This document shows, one piece after another, positions 11,685-20,955 of a DNA stretch of 64,000 nt. Location of the stretch: NCBI GenBank assembly GCA_946415375.1, contig CAMKSF010000002.1, positions 32,538 to 96,537 of the forward strand, read 5' to 3'. The translations under genes and the position numbers were made by a program. Below the pieces are notes generated by a model, which was not told the DNA's origin, made no database searches, and saw only the letters and a program-made list of their open reading frames with translations. Each line of letters begins with the position of its first letter. Positions within the stretch are counted from its first letter, which is position 1. This DNA comes from an uncultured Clostridia bacterium. Lineage in GTDB: Bacteria; Bacillota; Clostridia; TANB77; CAG-508.

Positions 11685-11954
11685 TTAGTATGTCAATTTT
11701 TCTTGCTGTTTACCTAAAAAATAAGCAAGAGCGAAGTAGTACGAATCAATTTGATAGTGTAATTTCATTACGTCATCAAGTTTATTCTTTAAATCAGCTG
11801 ATAATAAATTCTCAAGATCTTCAGTTTTATTTGCTAGTTTTTTATCTTTTTCTTTAAAATCAGGGATTTGATTTAGAAGATACATTTTGCTTTCTACATA
11901 ATTGCTTATATTTTCTACTGTATCTTCATCAAAGAGATTTTTAAGGTTATCCAT
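11685..11954 (-). CDS. Hypothetical small protein (89 aa)
   Basis: ATG at 11954 preceded by GGAAGGATG. The ORF-track start at 12059 lacks an RBS. Confidence 0.4.
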   Translation of the reverse strand: MDNLKNLFDEDTVENISNYVESKMYLLNQIPDFKEKDKKLANKTEDLENLLSADLKNKLDDVMKLHYQIDSYYFALAYFLGKQQEKLTY

Positions 11955-12258
11955 GATTACATCCTTCCATATAAAAGAATAAAAGTTTGATACAAAATCA
12001 AAAAATCTTGCTCCTTTGATATTGCTTAACTTTTTTGAATATAAAAATAGTATTTGCAATAAAAAATAATATATTCTAATATTGAAAAAATATGATAGTA
12101 AAACAAATTAATAGTACACCTATATTATATACTCTAAAAAATATTTGTCAATATTTTTTAGAAAAGAGAACAGTTCCCTTTTCCAAAAAATGTATTGATT
12201 TTTTTTGAAAAATATGGTAAAGTAATAATATATTTAGTTTTAAAGGAGTGATTCCTAG

Positions 12259-12648
12259 ATGCAAGAATCAAAAGAAATAGAAGAACAAAAAGAAGAAAAA
12301 TTAATAGATATAAAAGGAACATTAAAACAATTTGTTGAGGCTGACGAACCTGAACTTAGCCAAGAAGAAGCTATAATGAAATATGGAGAGACTAAGAAGA
12401 AAAGAAATAATAATAATAATGATGACACAGAAACAACAGAAGAGGAAGAACATTTAAAAAGAATAAAACAAGAACTTTTAGCTTCACTAAAAAGGGTAGA
12501 AAAGCTAGAAGAGTTATTGTTTAAAAACAGAGAAGAAAAACTTAAATTAAATGTGAAAAATAGTAAAGGTGGAGGATATACAAGTAGTAAATCATTAAAC
12601 GAAAAAGAAACTGAAACCAAAAAACGAAACCAAAAAGAAAGAGAGTAG
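12259..12648 (+). CDS. Hypothetical charged low-complexity protein (129 aa)
   Basis: Glu/Lys-rich, ends 8 nt before mfd. The plus frame is preferred over the mirror-image minus ORF 12255-12620. Confidence 0.45.
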   Translation: MQESKEIEEQKEEKLIDIKGTLKQFVEADEPELSQEEAIMKYGETKKKRNNNNNDDTETTEEEEHLKRIKQELLASLKRVEKLEELLFKNREEKLKLNVKNSKGGGYTSSKSLNEKETETKKRNQKERE

Positions 12649-12655
12649 GGGATTA

Positions 12656-15600
12656 ATGAACACGATTATTGGAGAGCTAGGAAAGAACCCCAAATTTATT
12701 AGCTTAATTAAAAATATAGAAAGTAAAAAAAGTCCGATAGAAATATCGGGCTTAACTGACGTGGCCGAAACTGCAATTTTATCTGCAATAAACGAGTATA
12801 CTAAAAGACCAGTTTTTCTTATTACATATAATGAAATACAAGCAAAAAAGCTTGCAGAAAATATAAGATATTTTACAAATAAAGTATATGTATTTCCTAA
12901 AAAAGAGATATTAACATATGATTATATTGCAGAAAGCAAGGATTTACCTTATGAAAGAATAGATGTTTTAAATAAAATATATGACAATAAAAACTTAATA
13001 ATTGTAACAACAATAGAAGCTGTTCAGCAAAAGATTTTAGCGAAAGGTGAATTATATAAAAATACACTAAATTTTGAAATAGGTAAAAGATGTAATATTG
13101 ATGAAATTAAACAGAAACTAGTTGATTTAGGATATACAAGATATGACTTAATAGATGCAAGAGGAGAGTTTAGCATAAGAGGTGGAATAATCGATATTTC
13201 TGTAACAGATACAACAGGTGTCAGAATTGAACTTTGGGGAGATGAAGTTGATTCTATAAGGTACTTTAATATAGTTAGCCAAAGGTCTACTAGTCAAATA
13301 GACCAAATAGATATTTACCCAGCGCATGAATATATATTAGAAAAATCGCTAGAAGAAGTTTGCGGTGATATTCAAAGTAAAGTTTATGAATCAAATAAAG
13401 GGCAAATTGTGGAAAGAGATATTGAAGAAATAAAAAATGGAAACTATTTAAGCAAAGTTGATAGATATTTCAATAGCTTCTATAATTCGCAAGAAACTAT
13501 ATTAGACTATTTAGATGATAGATATGTTATTTTTGTAGATGAACCAAATAAGGTTGAAGCGAGAAGTTTAAATATTAAAGAAGATACTGAAAGACTAATT
13601 CAAGCTTTAATAGAAAAAGAAAAAATTGTACCAGAAAGTCTCTTAAATACAGAAAGTATAGAAGATACAAAAAATGCTTTTGAAGGAAAAAAGATTATAT
13701 ATATAGAAAAGCTAAACACTACAATATCATCAAGTATAGAAAAGTTTAACTTAAGATATAGACAACTAAATTACTACAAGAATGGTATAGACTTGTTTAT
13801 AAATGACATAAAGAACTACCAAAATGATAACAAAAAAATATATATTGTAGTAGATATGAAAGAAAAAGCTAGTAAAATAGAAAAACTTTTAAATGAAAAT
13901 GACATTTCTACAAGAATTGAAGAGAATTTAAATCAGACAATTATCACAAAAAATACACACAATAATGTAGTGATTACTATAGGAAAGCTTTCAGAAGGGT
14001 TTGAATCTTATGATTTAGATCAAATTGTAATTGTAGCAAATGAACTTGTAGAAGCAGATAGAAGAAAAAGGAAATATAAATCTGAAGAATTTAAACAAGG
14101 AGAAAAAGTTGTATTTGCTGACTTAAAAGTTGGAGACTATGTAGTACACAGGAGATATGGAATTGGTATATATATAGGAGTAAATACAATTACTGCAGAT
14201 GGAACAACAAAAGACTATATTAAACTAAAATATTCAGGTGATGATGTGCTATACATTCCTACAGATGCTTTAGATAGTATAAGAAAATATGTAGGTGGAG
14301 AAGAGGCTGGATTAAAGCTAAACAAATTAGGGTCAAAAGATTGGGAGAAGACAACAGCAAGAGTAAAGAATAATTTAAGAGCTGTTGCAAAAGAACTGAT
14401 AGAACTTTACGCATTAAGAGAAAAGTCAAAAGGGCATGCTTTTATGCCAGATACAGAATGGCAAAAGGAATTTGAAGGTAAATTTCCATATATAGAAACT
14501 GACGACCAATTAAGATGCATAGATGAAGTAAAAACAGATATGGAAAACGAAAAGCCAATGGATAGACTTTTATGTGGAGATGTTGGATATGGAAAAACTG
14601 AGGTTGCAATAAGAGCAGCTTTTAAAGCTGTTATGGAAGGAAAACAAGTTGCATATTTAGTACCTACAACAGTACTTGCTAAACAGCAATATCAGACATT
14701 TAAAGAAAGAATGAAAGACTATCCAGTAACTGTTGAACTATTAAATAGATTTAGAACTACAAAAGATAAAAATAGAATTGTGAAAGAACTAAAATTAGGT
14801 GATGTAGATATTGTTGTTGGAACTCATAAGTTACTTGGAAAAGAAGTTGAATTTAAAGATTTAGGACTACTAATTATAGATGAGGAACATCGATTTGGAG
14901 TTAAAGCCAAAGAGAAAATAAAACAATACAAAGCAAATATTGATGTACTTACAATGACAGCAACACCAATACCTAGAACATTACATATGTCTGTTGTAGG
15001 TGTTAGAGATATGTCTGTAATATATGATCCACCACAAAACAGAAAACCAGTTCAGACTTATGTTTTAGAATATGATGAAGAGGTAATAAAAGAAGCAATA
15101 ACAAAAGAACTAGAACGTGATGGACAGGTATTCTATATCTATAACAGAGTTGAAAACATTATGCTAAAAGCAGATGCAATTTCAAGACTTGTACCTGAAG
15201 CAAATGTTGGATATGCACATGGTAGAATGACAGGATCTCAAATTGAAGAAATAATGGAAGACTTTATTGATAAAAAGATAAATGTTTTAGTATGTACAAC
15301 AATTTTAGAATCTGGAATTGATATTCCAAATGCAAATACAATTATTGTTGAAAACGCAGATAGAATGGGATTGGCACAACTTTATCAAATAAGAGGAAGA
15401 GTTGGAAGATCAGATAGACAAGGATATGCATATATTACATACAAAAAGGATAAAGTTTTAGCAGAGGAAGCGGATAAGAGACTAAAAGCCATAAGGGAAT
15501 TTACTGAATTTGGTTCTGGATTTAAAATAGCAATGAGAGACTTAGAAATAAGAGGGGCTGGAAGCTTGATAGGTGAAATTCAACATGGACATTTAGAAGA

Positions 15601-16111
15601 AGTTGGATATGATACATATTGTAGACTTTTAGATGAAGTTGTAAAAGAAGAACAGGGAATAGAAGTTAGACCAGAATTTGAAGTACAAATTGATGTAGAT
15701 GTCACAAGCTTTATTCCAGAGACATATATTCCAGATTCAAATCAGAAAATAGAAATATATCAGGATATCGCACTTTGTAAAGATGAAAAAGATATTCAAG
15801 ATGTAATTGATGAATTAATAGATAGATTTGGAGATATTCCTCATGAAGTAGAAAATCTACTAGAAATATCTAGAATTAAACAATTAGCTAAAGCAAAAGG
15901 AGTAAGCAAGGTTTCAAGTAAAAAAGATGTAATTGTATTTACTTATGATAATAATCTATTTGATGCATCATGTGTCCAAACACTGATAAAGAAATATGGA
16001 AACAGAATTAGATTTTCTCCTGGTGTTAAGCCAATGATTACATTAAAAATAGGGAACAATAGTGAAGAGGAAATTATAAAAGAAGCAAAAGAATTTTTAG
16101 AAAATAATTAA
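12656..16111 (+). CDS. mfd: Transcription-repair coupling factor
   Basis: 1151 aa. CarD-like KVGDYVVHRRYGIGIY, helicase motifs GDVGYGKTEVA, IIDEEHRFGV, TATPIPRTL, and a TRCF C-terminal domain. Confidence 0.95.
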   Translation: MNTIIGELGKNPKFISLIKNIESKKSPIEISGLTDVAETAILSAINEYTKRPVFLITYNEIQAKKLAENIRYFTNKVYVFPKKEILTYDYIAESKDLPYERIDVLNKIYDNKNLIIVTTIEAVQQKILAKGELYKNTLNFEIGKRCNIDEIKQKLVDLGYTRYDLIDARGEFSIRGGIIDISVTDTTGVRIELWGDEVDSIRYFNIVSQRSTSQIDQIDIYPAHEYILEKSLEEVCGDIQSKVYESNKGQIVERDIEEIKNGNYLSKVDRYFNSFYNSQETILDYLDDRYVIFVDEPNKVEARSLNIKEDTERLIQALIEKEKIVPESLLNTESIEDTKNAFEGKKIIYIEKLNTTISSSIEKFNLRYRQLNYYKNGIDLFINDIKNYQNDNKKIYIVVDMKEKASKIEKLLNENDISTRIEENLNQTIITKNTHNNVVITIGKLSEGFESYDLDQIVIVANELVEADRRKRKYKSEEFKQGEKVVFADLKVGDYVVHRRYGIGIYIGVNTITADGTTKDYIKLKYSGDDVLYIPTDALDSIRKYVGGEEAGLKLNKLGSKDWEKTTARVKNNLRAVAKELIELYALREKSKGHAFMPDTEWQKEFEGKFPYIETDDQLRCIDEVKTDMENEKPMDRLLCGDVGYGKTEVAIRAAFKAVMEGKQVAYLVPTTVLAKQQYQTFKERMKDYPVTVELLNRFRTTKDKNRIVKELKLGDVDIVVGTHKLLGKEVEFKDLGLLIIDEEHRFGVKAKEKIKQYKANIDVLTMTATPIPRTLHMSVVGVRDMSVIYDPPQNRKPVQTYVLEYDEEVIKEAITKELERDGQVFYIYNRVENIMLKADAISRLVPEANVGYAHGRMTGSQIEEIMEDFIDKKINVLVCTTILESGIDIPNANTIIVENADRMGLAQLYQIRGRVGRSDRQGYAYITYKKDKVLAEEADKRLKAIREFTEFGSGFKIAMRDLEIRGAGSLIGEIQHGHLEEVGYDTYCRLLDEVVKEEQGIEVRPEFEVQIDVDVTSFIPETYIPDSNQKIEIYQDIALCKDEKDIQDVIDELIDRFGDIPHEVENLLEISRIKQLAKAKGVSKVSSKKDVIVFTYDNNLFDASCVQTLIKKYGNRIRFSPGVKPMITLKIGNNSEEEIIKEAKEFLENN

Positions 16112-16125
16112 TTTGATAAATAATA

Positions 16126-16154
16126 TTTACATAATACATAAAATGTGATATAAT
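16126..16154 (+). promoter_or_regulatory. Sigma-A type promoter upstream of ORF 16201
   Basis: TTTACA-17 nt-TATAAT with TG at -15/-14. Confidence 0.4.
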
Positions 16155-16200
16155 GCTTTTGGTAGCAGTATAATGTTTTTCTGAAAGAAAGGAAACTAAA

Positions 16201-16665
16201 ATGGAAAATGTAGCAAAAATAAGCTTCTTTGAAGCAATTGCTGAAGCTCGGGAGGCAAAAGCAGCATATCAGCAGTTGAATGATTTGGTGAAGAAATTTA
16301 AAGATGGAATTGGTGCATGGGGCATTGAAGAAATGGAAAAAGCAATCCCTTTCTGGTATCAAATATGTAATGTCATTACAGTTTACAAAAACTGGAATGA
16401 CATTGAACTCGAGGATCTCTTCAAAGAACTGAAAAATCACGTGATTAATAGAAATCAGCTCAAGGAGAGGATGAAGCCCCAAACTGATCAAGTCGAAGCT
16501 GAGCTAAAAGAAAGAAAAAAAAGATATGAGAAAAGCATGAGAACGGCTTCGACAGCGTATAGCAATTGGGTAAAGAGTATTCCCAGTACGCATAAATATT
16601 TGGCATTCGTGTTAAGACAGCCGGAAATAAAGAAGTATATTATCGAAGAGTTGCTTAAATTTTAG
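16201..16665 (+). CDS. Hypothetical protein (154 aa) with foreign base composition
   Basis: Hand count gives 37-41% GC in two 100-nt samples against a much lower background. Uses CTC, GAG, CAG and TCG codons that are rare elsewhere. No recognised motif. Confidence 0.55.
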   Translation: MENVAKISFFEAIAEAREAKAAYQQLNDLVKKFKDGIGAWGIEEMEKAIPFWYQICNVITVYKNWNDIELEDLFKELKNHVINRNQLKERMKPQTDQVEAELKERKKRYEKSMRTASTAYSNWVKSIPSTHKYLAFVLRQPEIKKYIIEELLKF

Positions 16666-16680
16666 TTTTAAAAAAGAAAA

Positions 16681-16710
16681 GGGTGTTCCGTTATGGAGCA
16701 TCCTTAATTT
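16681..16710 (+). terminator. Weak terminator-like hairpin after ORF 16201
   Basis: GGGTGTTCC-gttat-GGAGCATCC (two G.U pairs) followed by TTAATTT. Confidence 0.3.
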
Positions 16711-16741
16711 AACAGGAAAAACAATAAGGAGAAAAAATCTT

Positions 16742-18292
16742 ATGAGAAAAATTTACGAAGCAAATATAAAGGAAATAATTAAACAAATTGAAATTGATAA
16801 TGAAGCTAATGCATTTGATATACAAATACATTCAAGTGATTTGATAGGGATAAATGATTTAGTAATGATAGGAAGAACTAACCAATTCCCTGTTGATAAT
16901 AATGTAGATGTTGAATGGAGCTTAAATGGTTTGCTAATAGACGACAAGAAGGGTGAGGGTGATATTTTAATAATAGAACCACTCATAGAACAAATAAACA
17001 ATGGAAAACTAATCGATTTAAAGGAATCAAAAACAAAATTTGATGGATCTATAGAGCTTTCAAGTAGAGCAATTGTATTGATACCATTAGAAAAATATGA
17101 AAAGCTTTGCCAAAACGAATATAAAAAAAATAGAATGGAAAATATGGATGTTAGACTATATGAAGGAAAAGAAAAAGATGCATTAAAAATGGTTTTATAT
17201 AATAAAAGGTATATTTATATTGATGTTACAGAAAATGGATTTTTAGAAGATAAAAAGAACCATCCTGATTTAATTGAATATGGAAGGATTCTTTCTAATA
17301 TTATTAATGAGTTAAATGAACAAATAAAAACAAAGGGTAAAATTGAAACAATAAATGAAAAAAGAAGAATAAATGGGTATAGAGGATATAAGGATAATAG
17401 TTCTGGTGAAAACTATAAAATGATTAGTGGTCTAACGAAAAAGGTTGAAGGGGAAATAGAACTTGGAGATGATATGTTTGCAGCAACTAGTATTGGGAAA
17501 GTAAGAGACAATCAGGAAGATGCTATTTTACTCATAAAACATAAAGATAATCCTAAGTTTAAAATGATGGTACTAGCTGATGGAATGGGAGGAATGGAAA
17601 ATGGTGAAATTGCAAGTGATGTTGTTGTAACTAAATTAAAAGAATGGTTTGATAGCTTAAATTCAAAGCAAATAGAATACTGGCATACAGGAGTGGCAGG
17701 ACTACAAGCGGCCTTACAAGACGAGATAGAAAGAGAGCTACAGATAGAGGTGGAATACCAAACGGGTAAATTAGGAGGAACAACACTTGTATGTGCAATT
17801 ATTGGAGAAAATGATACTTTGATAGCAAATGTGGGAGATTCACGAGCATATATAGTTAAAGATGGAAGACTTAAGCAAATTTCAAGAGAAGATACTGTTG
17901 CACAAAGAAATCTTGAAAAAGGAAAAACGAAAAGTAAAGAAGCTTCAAGATTCGATTCTAGAGCCAATGAATTGACTCAAGTAATTGGTATGTCAAGAAA
18001 AGATTTAAATCATCCTCATTTTGAAATAATTAATAATGATGAATATGATATGATTGTTCTGTTTTCTGATGGAGCAACTGATTGCCTTCCTGATGAAGAT
18101 ATTGCAGTTGCTTGTAGAAATACAAATAGAAAAAAATTTGCAAAAAAAATAGTTGAAAAAGCAATGAAACATGATTCTATTAGGACAGATGAGATAGAAA
18201 AACAATTTGAGAGGTCAATTGACTCTAATGTTTTAATTCTAGGAGGAAAAGATAATACAAGTGCAGTAGTTGGATTTAATAATAGAGATTAA
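16742..18292 (+). CDS. PP2C-family Ser/Thr phosphatase with ~240-aa uncharacterised N-terminal domain
   Basis: C-terminal half has VRDNQEDA, LADGMGGMENGEIAS, GGTTLV, ANVGDSRAY, LFSDGATD and GGKDNTSAVV (PP2C motifs). The N-terminal half has no motif I recognise. Confidence 0.8.
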   Translation: MRKIYEANIKEIIKQIEIDNEANAFDIQIHSSDLIGINDLVMIGRTNQFPVDNNVDVEWSLNGLLIDDKKGEGDILIIEPLIEQINNGKLIDLKESKTKFDGSIELSSRAIVLIPLEKYEKLCQNEYKKNRMENMDVRLYEGKEKDALKMVLYNKRYIYIDVTENGFLEDKKNHPDLIEYGRILSNIINELNEQIKTKGKIETINEKRRINGYRGYKDNSSGENYKMISGLTKKVEGEIELGDDMFAATSIGKVRDNQEDAILLIKHKDNPKFKMMVLADGMGGMENGEIASDVVVTKLKEWFDSLNSKQIEYWHTGVAGLQAALQDEIERELQIEVEYQTGKLGGTTLVCAIIGENDTLIANVGDSRAYIVKDGRLKQISREDTVAQRNLEKGKTKSKEASRFDSRANELTQVIGMSRKDLNHPHFEIINNDEYDMIVLFSDGATDCLPDEDIAVACRNTNRKKFAKKIVEKAMKHDSIRTDEIEKQFERSIDSNVLILGGKDNTSAVVGFNNRD

Positions 18293-18328
18293 AAATGTTA
18301 TTCCAATAAAAATATAGTGCGAATTCAA

Positions 18329-18409
18329 AATTCATAATACAACCTATCTATAAATACAATTAAACAAAAGTATTTATGTAGTAGGAATTATGAAAGGCAT
18401 TTTAATAGA
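18329..18409 (+). repeat. Copy A of duplicated spoIIID promoter/5' coding segment
   Basis: Aligns with 19451-19533, including identical 17-nt (AATTCATAATACAACCT) and 14-nt (TAAACAAAAGTATT) blocks. ATGAAAGG... encodes MKGILIE versus MKGISIE in spoIIID. Confidence 0.7.
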
Positions 18410-18448
18410 GAAAAAAATAAAACGAGAGCCAATTATGGTTCTCGTTTT
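18409..18448 (-). terminator. Rho-independent terminator of the 18471-19220 gene
   Basis: Minus strand AAAACGAGAACC-ataatt-GGCTCTCGTTTT followed by A+TTTTTTT. Confidence 0.6.
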
Positions 18449-18470
18449 ATTTAGATACTGCGTTTTGCGT

Positions 18471-19220
18471 TTATTCAACATTTTCGTAAAAAATGCTGTT
18501 TTCTGGTATGTATATGTGGTACTCAGTGGATGCTACTTCTCTATGTTCTGTATTATACCAGTCTGTGTATATTTCTATAACATCATAGACCTCGATATGA
18601 GGATTGTCAGTATACTCAGCACTTTCGTGCTTTTCCACATAATTATTCAATCCATCAATAACCTTTGTTGTTGTACCATTATTTTCGGTTGCAACCTCGT
18701 AATAGTAAGCACAACTAGGTGTCGATTTGATATAACACCTGTTTCCACTTACATTTGTATAGGGTACTTCTTTAAATTCCAAGATGTTTATTGTTTCGAT
18801 ATGCATCTTTTCGACAGAAATTTCCGCTGAATTTGGCCCAGTTCCAAAATTGAGGCATAACAAAATACTAGAAACTGCCCATATAAGAATTGAAATAAAA
18901 CTCAATTTATTAAATATAAAATCAAATACTTCAAATCTTTCTTCTAATAGCAAGAAAATTTCAAATACTATAAAAGAACATGCAGGTATTAAGAAACAAA
19001 TAATTTTAAATGAGTCTCCATTAGTAATACCATATATAATCATAAAAATAAGATATATGGTAAATAGTACTGCATACACTATTAGTATTTTCACTATTAT
19101 GCTAAATAATTTTTTTATTGTTTGTCTTGGGCGTTTGAATACTTCGTATTCGAAAACTGCGTAGATAATAGCTATAGCTATAAAAATAAGACATAAGATT
19201 GAATAAATCCGCAATACCAT
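18471..19220 (-). CDS. Hypothetical membrane protein (4 predicted TM helices + C-terminal soluble domain)
   Basis: 249 aa. The N-terminal half is hydrophobic and the C-terminal ~110 aa are rich in Tyr/Glu/Asn. RBS AGGAGGAACAAT precedes the ATG at 19220. Confidence 0.6.
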   Translation of the reverse strand: MVLRIYSILCLIFIAIAIIYAVFEYEVFKRPRQTIKKLFSIIVKILIVYAVLFTIYLIFMIIYGITNGDSFKIICFLIPACSFIVFEIFLLLEERFEVFDFIFNKLSFISILIWAVSSILLCLNFGTGPNSAEISVEKMHIETINILEFKEVPYTNVSGNRCYIKSTPSCAYYYEVATENNGTTTKVIDGLNNYVEKHESAEYTDNPHIEVYDVIEIYTDWYNTEHREVASTEYHIYIPENSIFYENVE

Positions 19221-19450
19221 ATTGTTCCTCCTTTAATTCTAATTGTTAATAGTTATATATAGTAAAACTAAGGAGTAAGTATCTTTACTCAATAGTGAAT
19301 TGAGGAATTAAGCAATATAAAAGATATTACTTATATGGATGTATTATACCATGATTTTACATAATATTCAAGTGCTATATTACTAAATATTAAAAATACA
19401 TAAATATTTCTAATAAATTTTACAAAGATAAAATTTTATTTTGTATTTTC

Positions 19451-19533
19451 AATTCATAATACAACCTTTTTATGAATAAACTTAAACAAAAGTATTCATG
19501 GGGGCAGTAGTATATGAAAGGAATATCAATAGA
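19451..19533 (+). repeat. Copy B of the duplicated segment (functional spoIIID promoter and start)
   Basis: See copy A. Contains TCATAAT...GAATAAAC upstream of the spoIIID ATG at 19514. Confidence 0.7.
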
Positions 19534-19777
19534 AGAACGTGCAATAAATTTAGCACATTATATAATTGAAACAAAAGAAACAGTAAGAGGTACAGCGAAA
19601 ATATTTGGGATAAGTAAAAGCACAGTACATAAAGATGTTTCAGAAAGATTACTAAAAATTAACCCAGCTTTAGCAAAAGACGTGAGAAAGATTTTAGAAG
19701 AAAATAAATCAGAAAGACATATAAGAGGAGGAATGGCTACAAAAATGAAGTATCTAAATCGTAAAAAAGCAGGTTAG
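19514..19777 (+). CDS. spoIIID: Stage III sporulation protein D (HTH transcription regulator)
   Basis: 87 aa. IETKETVRGTAKIFGISKSTVHKDVSERL and ERHIRGGMATK closely parallel B. subtilis SpoIIID as I remember it. Confidence 0.85.
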   Translation: MKGISIEERAINLAHYIIETKETVRGTAKIFGISKSTVHKDVSERLLKINPALAKDVRKILEENKSERHIRGGMATKMKYLNRKKAG

Positions 19778-19780
19778 GTA

Positions 19781-19810
19781 TTGACATAAGGGACTTGAAT
19801 GTTGTATAAT
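19781..19810 (+). promoter_or_regulatory. Sigma-A type promoter for efp
   Basis: TTGACA-18 nt-TATAAT with TG extension. Confidence 0.5.
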
Positions 19811-19843
19811 ATTAAAAGTTTTTAAATTGAAAGGAGAATTAAT

Positions 19844-20410
19844 ATGGCAGCAGTATATTCAGCAGGAGATTTTAGAAATGGTACAACATTCGAAATGGAA
19901 GGAAATGTATTTAGAGTAGTAGAATTTCAACATGTTAAACCAGGAAAAGGTTCAGCATTTGTAAGAACAAAATTAAAAAATGTTATAACAGGGGCAGTTT
20001 TAGAAAAAACATTTAACCCATCAGATAAATATCCAGGAGCAGAAATTGAGAAAAAAGAAATGCAATATTTATACAATGATGGAGATTTATATTATTTTAT
20101 GGATAATGATACATATGATCAAATGCCATTAAATAAAGAGCAATTGGGGGATTGCTTAAAATATTTAAAAGAAAATATGCAAGTTAAAATACTTTCATAT
20201 AAAGGAAATGTATTCGCAGTAGAGCCACCTATATTTGTTGAATTAGAAGTAACATATACAGAGCCAGGATTTGCAGGAAATACAACTACAACATCTGGAA
20301 AACCAGCTACATTAGAAACAGGACTTGAACTACAAGTACCAATGTTTGTAAATATAGGAGATATATTAAGAATAGACACACGTACATGTGAGTATATGGA
20401 AAGAGTATAA
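19844..20410 (+). CDS. efp: Elongation factor P
   Basis: 188 aa. [22 protein letters not shown] with the conserved modified-Lys loop. Confidence 0.95.
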   Translation: MAAVYSAGDFRNGTTFEMEGNVFRVVEFQHVKPGKGSAFVRTKLKNVITGAVLEKTFNPSDKYPGAEIEKKEMQYLYNDGDLYYFMDNDTYDQMPLNKEQLGDCLKYLKENMQVKILSYKGNVFAVEPPIFVELEVTYTEPGFAGNTTTTSGKPATLETGLELQVPMFVNIGDILRIDTRTCEYMERV

Positions 20411-20417
20411 TAAAAAA

Positions 20418-20448
20418 GGGGAGCTGTTTTTGCAGCTCCTTATGTTTT
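20418..20448 (+). terminator. Rho-independent terminator after efp
   Basis: GGAGCTG-tttttg-CAGCTCC followed by a T-rich tail. Confidence 0.55.
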
Positions 20449-20463
20449 AAGAAGGAGATAGAC

Positions 20464-20883
20464 ATGATAAAAGAAATTGGCAATGAAATGAAAAGCTACA
20501 TTAATGATTTAAAAGATAATATAAAAAATAAAGAAGAATTAAATTATTTACTAGAAAGGACAGAAAAACTATTTGATAACATATTTAATGAACTAAATAA
20601 ATATGCGGATGAAGAAGAGAAAAAACTTAAAGAATTAAAGACTAAGCAGAAAAAACAAGAAAAAAGAATGGACGAGATAGAAACAAAAATGGAATATCTT
20701 GATGAAAATATAGATAACATATATAAAGATATATATGAAGAAGATGAGGGGGAGTTTAAAATAAATTGCCCATATTGTAATTTTGAATTTAGTGCAGATA
20801 TTGATATACATCAAGATGAAATCTATTGTCCTGAATGTAATAATGTAATAGAACTTGATTGGTCTGATGATACAGATAATTGA
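20464..20883 (+). CDS. Coiled-coil protein with C-terminal zinc ribbon
   Basis: CPYCNFEF...CPECNN pair of CxxC motifs after a Lys/Glu coiled-coil region. Confidence 0.55.
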   Translation: MIKEIGNEMKSYINDLKDNIKNKEELNYLLERTEKLFDNIFNELNKYADEEEKKLKELKTKQKKQEKRMDEIETKMEYLDENIDNIYKDIYEEDEGEFKINCPYCNFEFSADIDIHQDEIYCPECNNVIELDWSDDTDN

Positions 20884-20955
20884 TTAAATTGACAAAATAA
20901 CAGAATTAATATAAAATAAAACCAAATATTATTTGATGAAAAGGATAGAATAAAG

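Noticed and set aside
12255-12620. Minus-strand 121-aa ORF mirroring ORF 12259-12648
   Set aside because: It is a low-complexity Ser/Phe/Leu translation of the complement of a Glu/Lys-rich gene. The plus frame has an RBS and reads into mfd in operon fashion.
18390-19164. Plus-strand ORFs 18390-18830 and 18784-19164
   Set aside because: They are antisense to the membrane-protein gene, which has an RBS and a terminator. ORF 18390 matters only because its first 7-9 codons are a copy of the spoIIID start; see the duplication finding.
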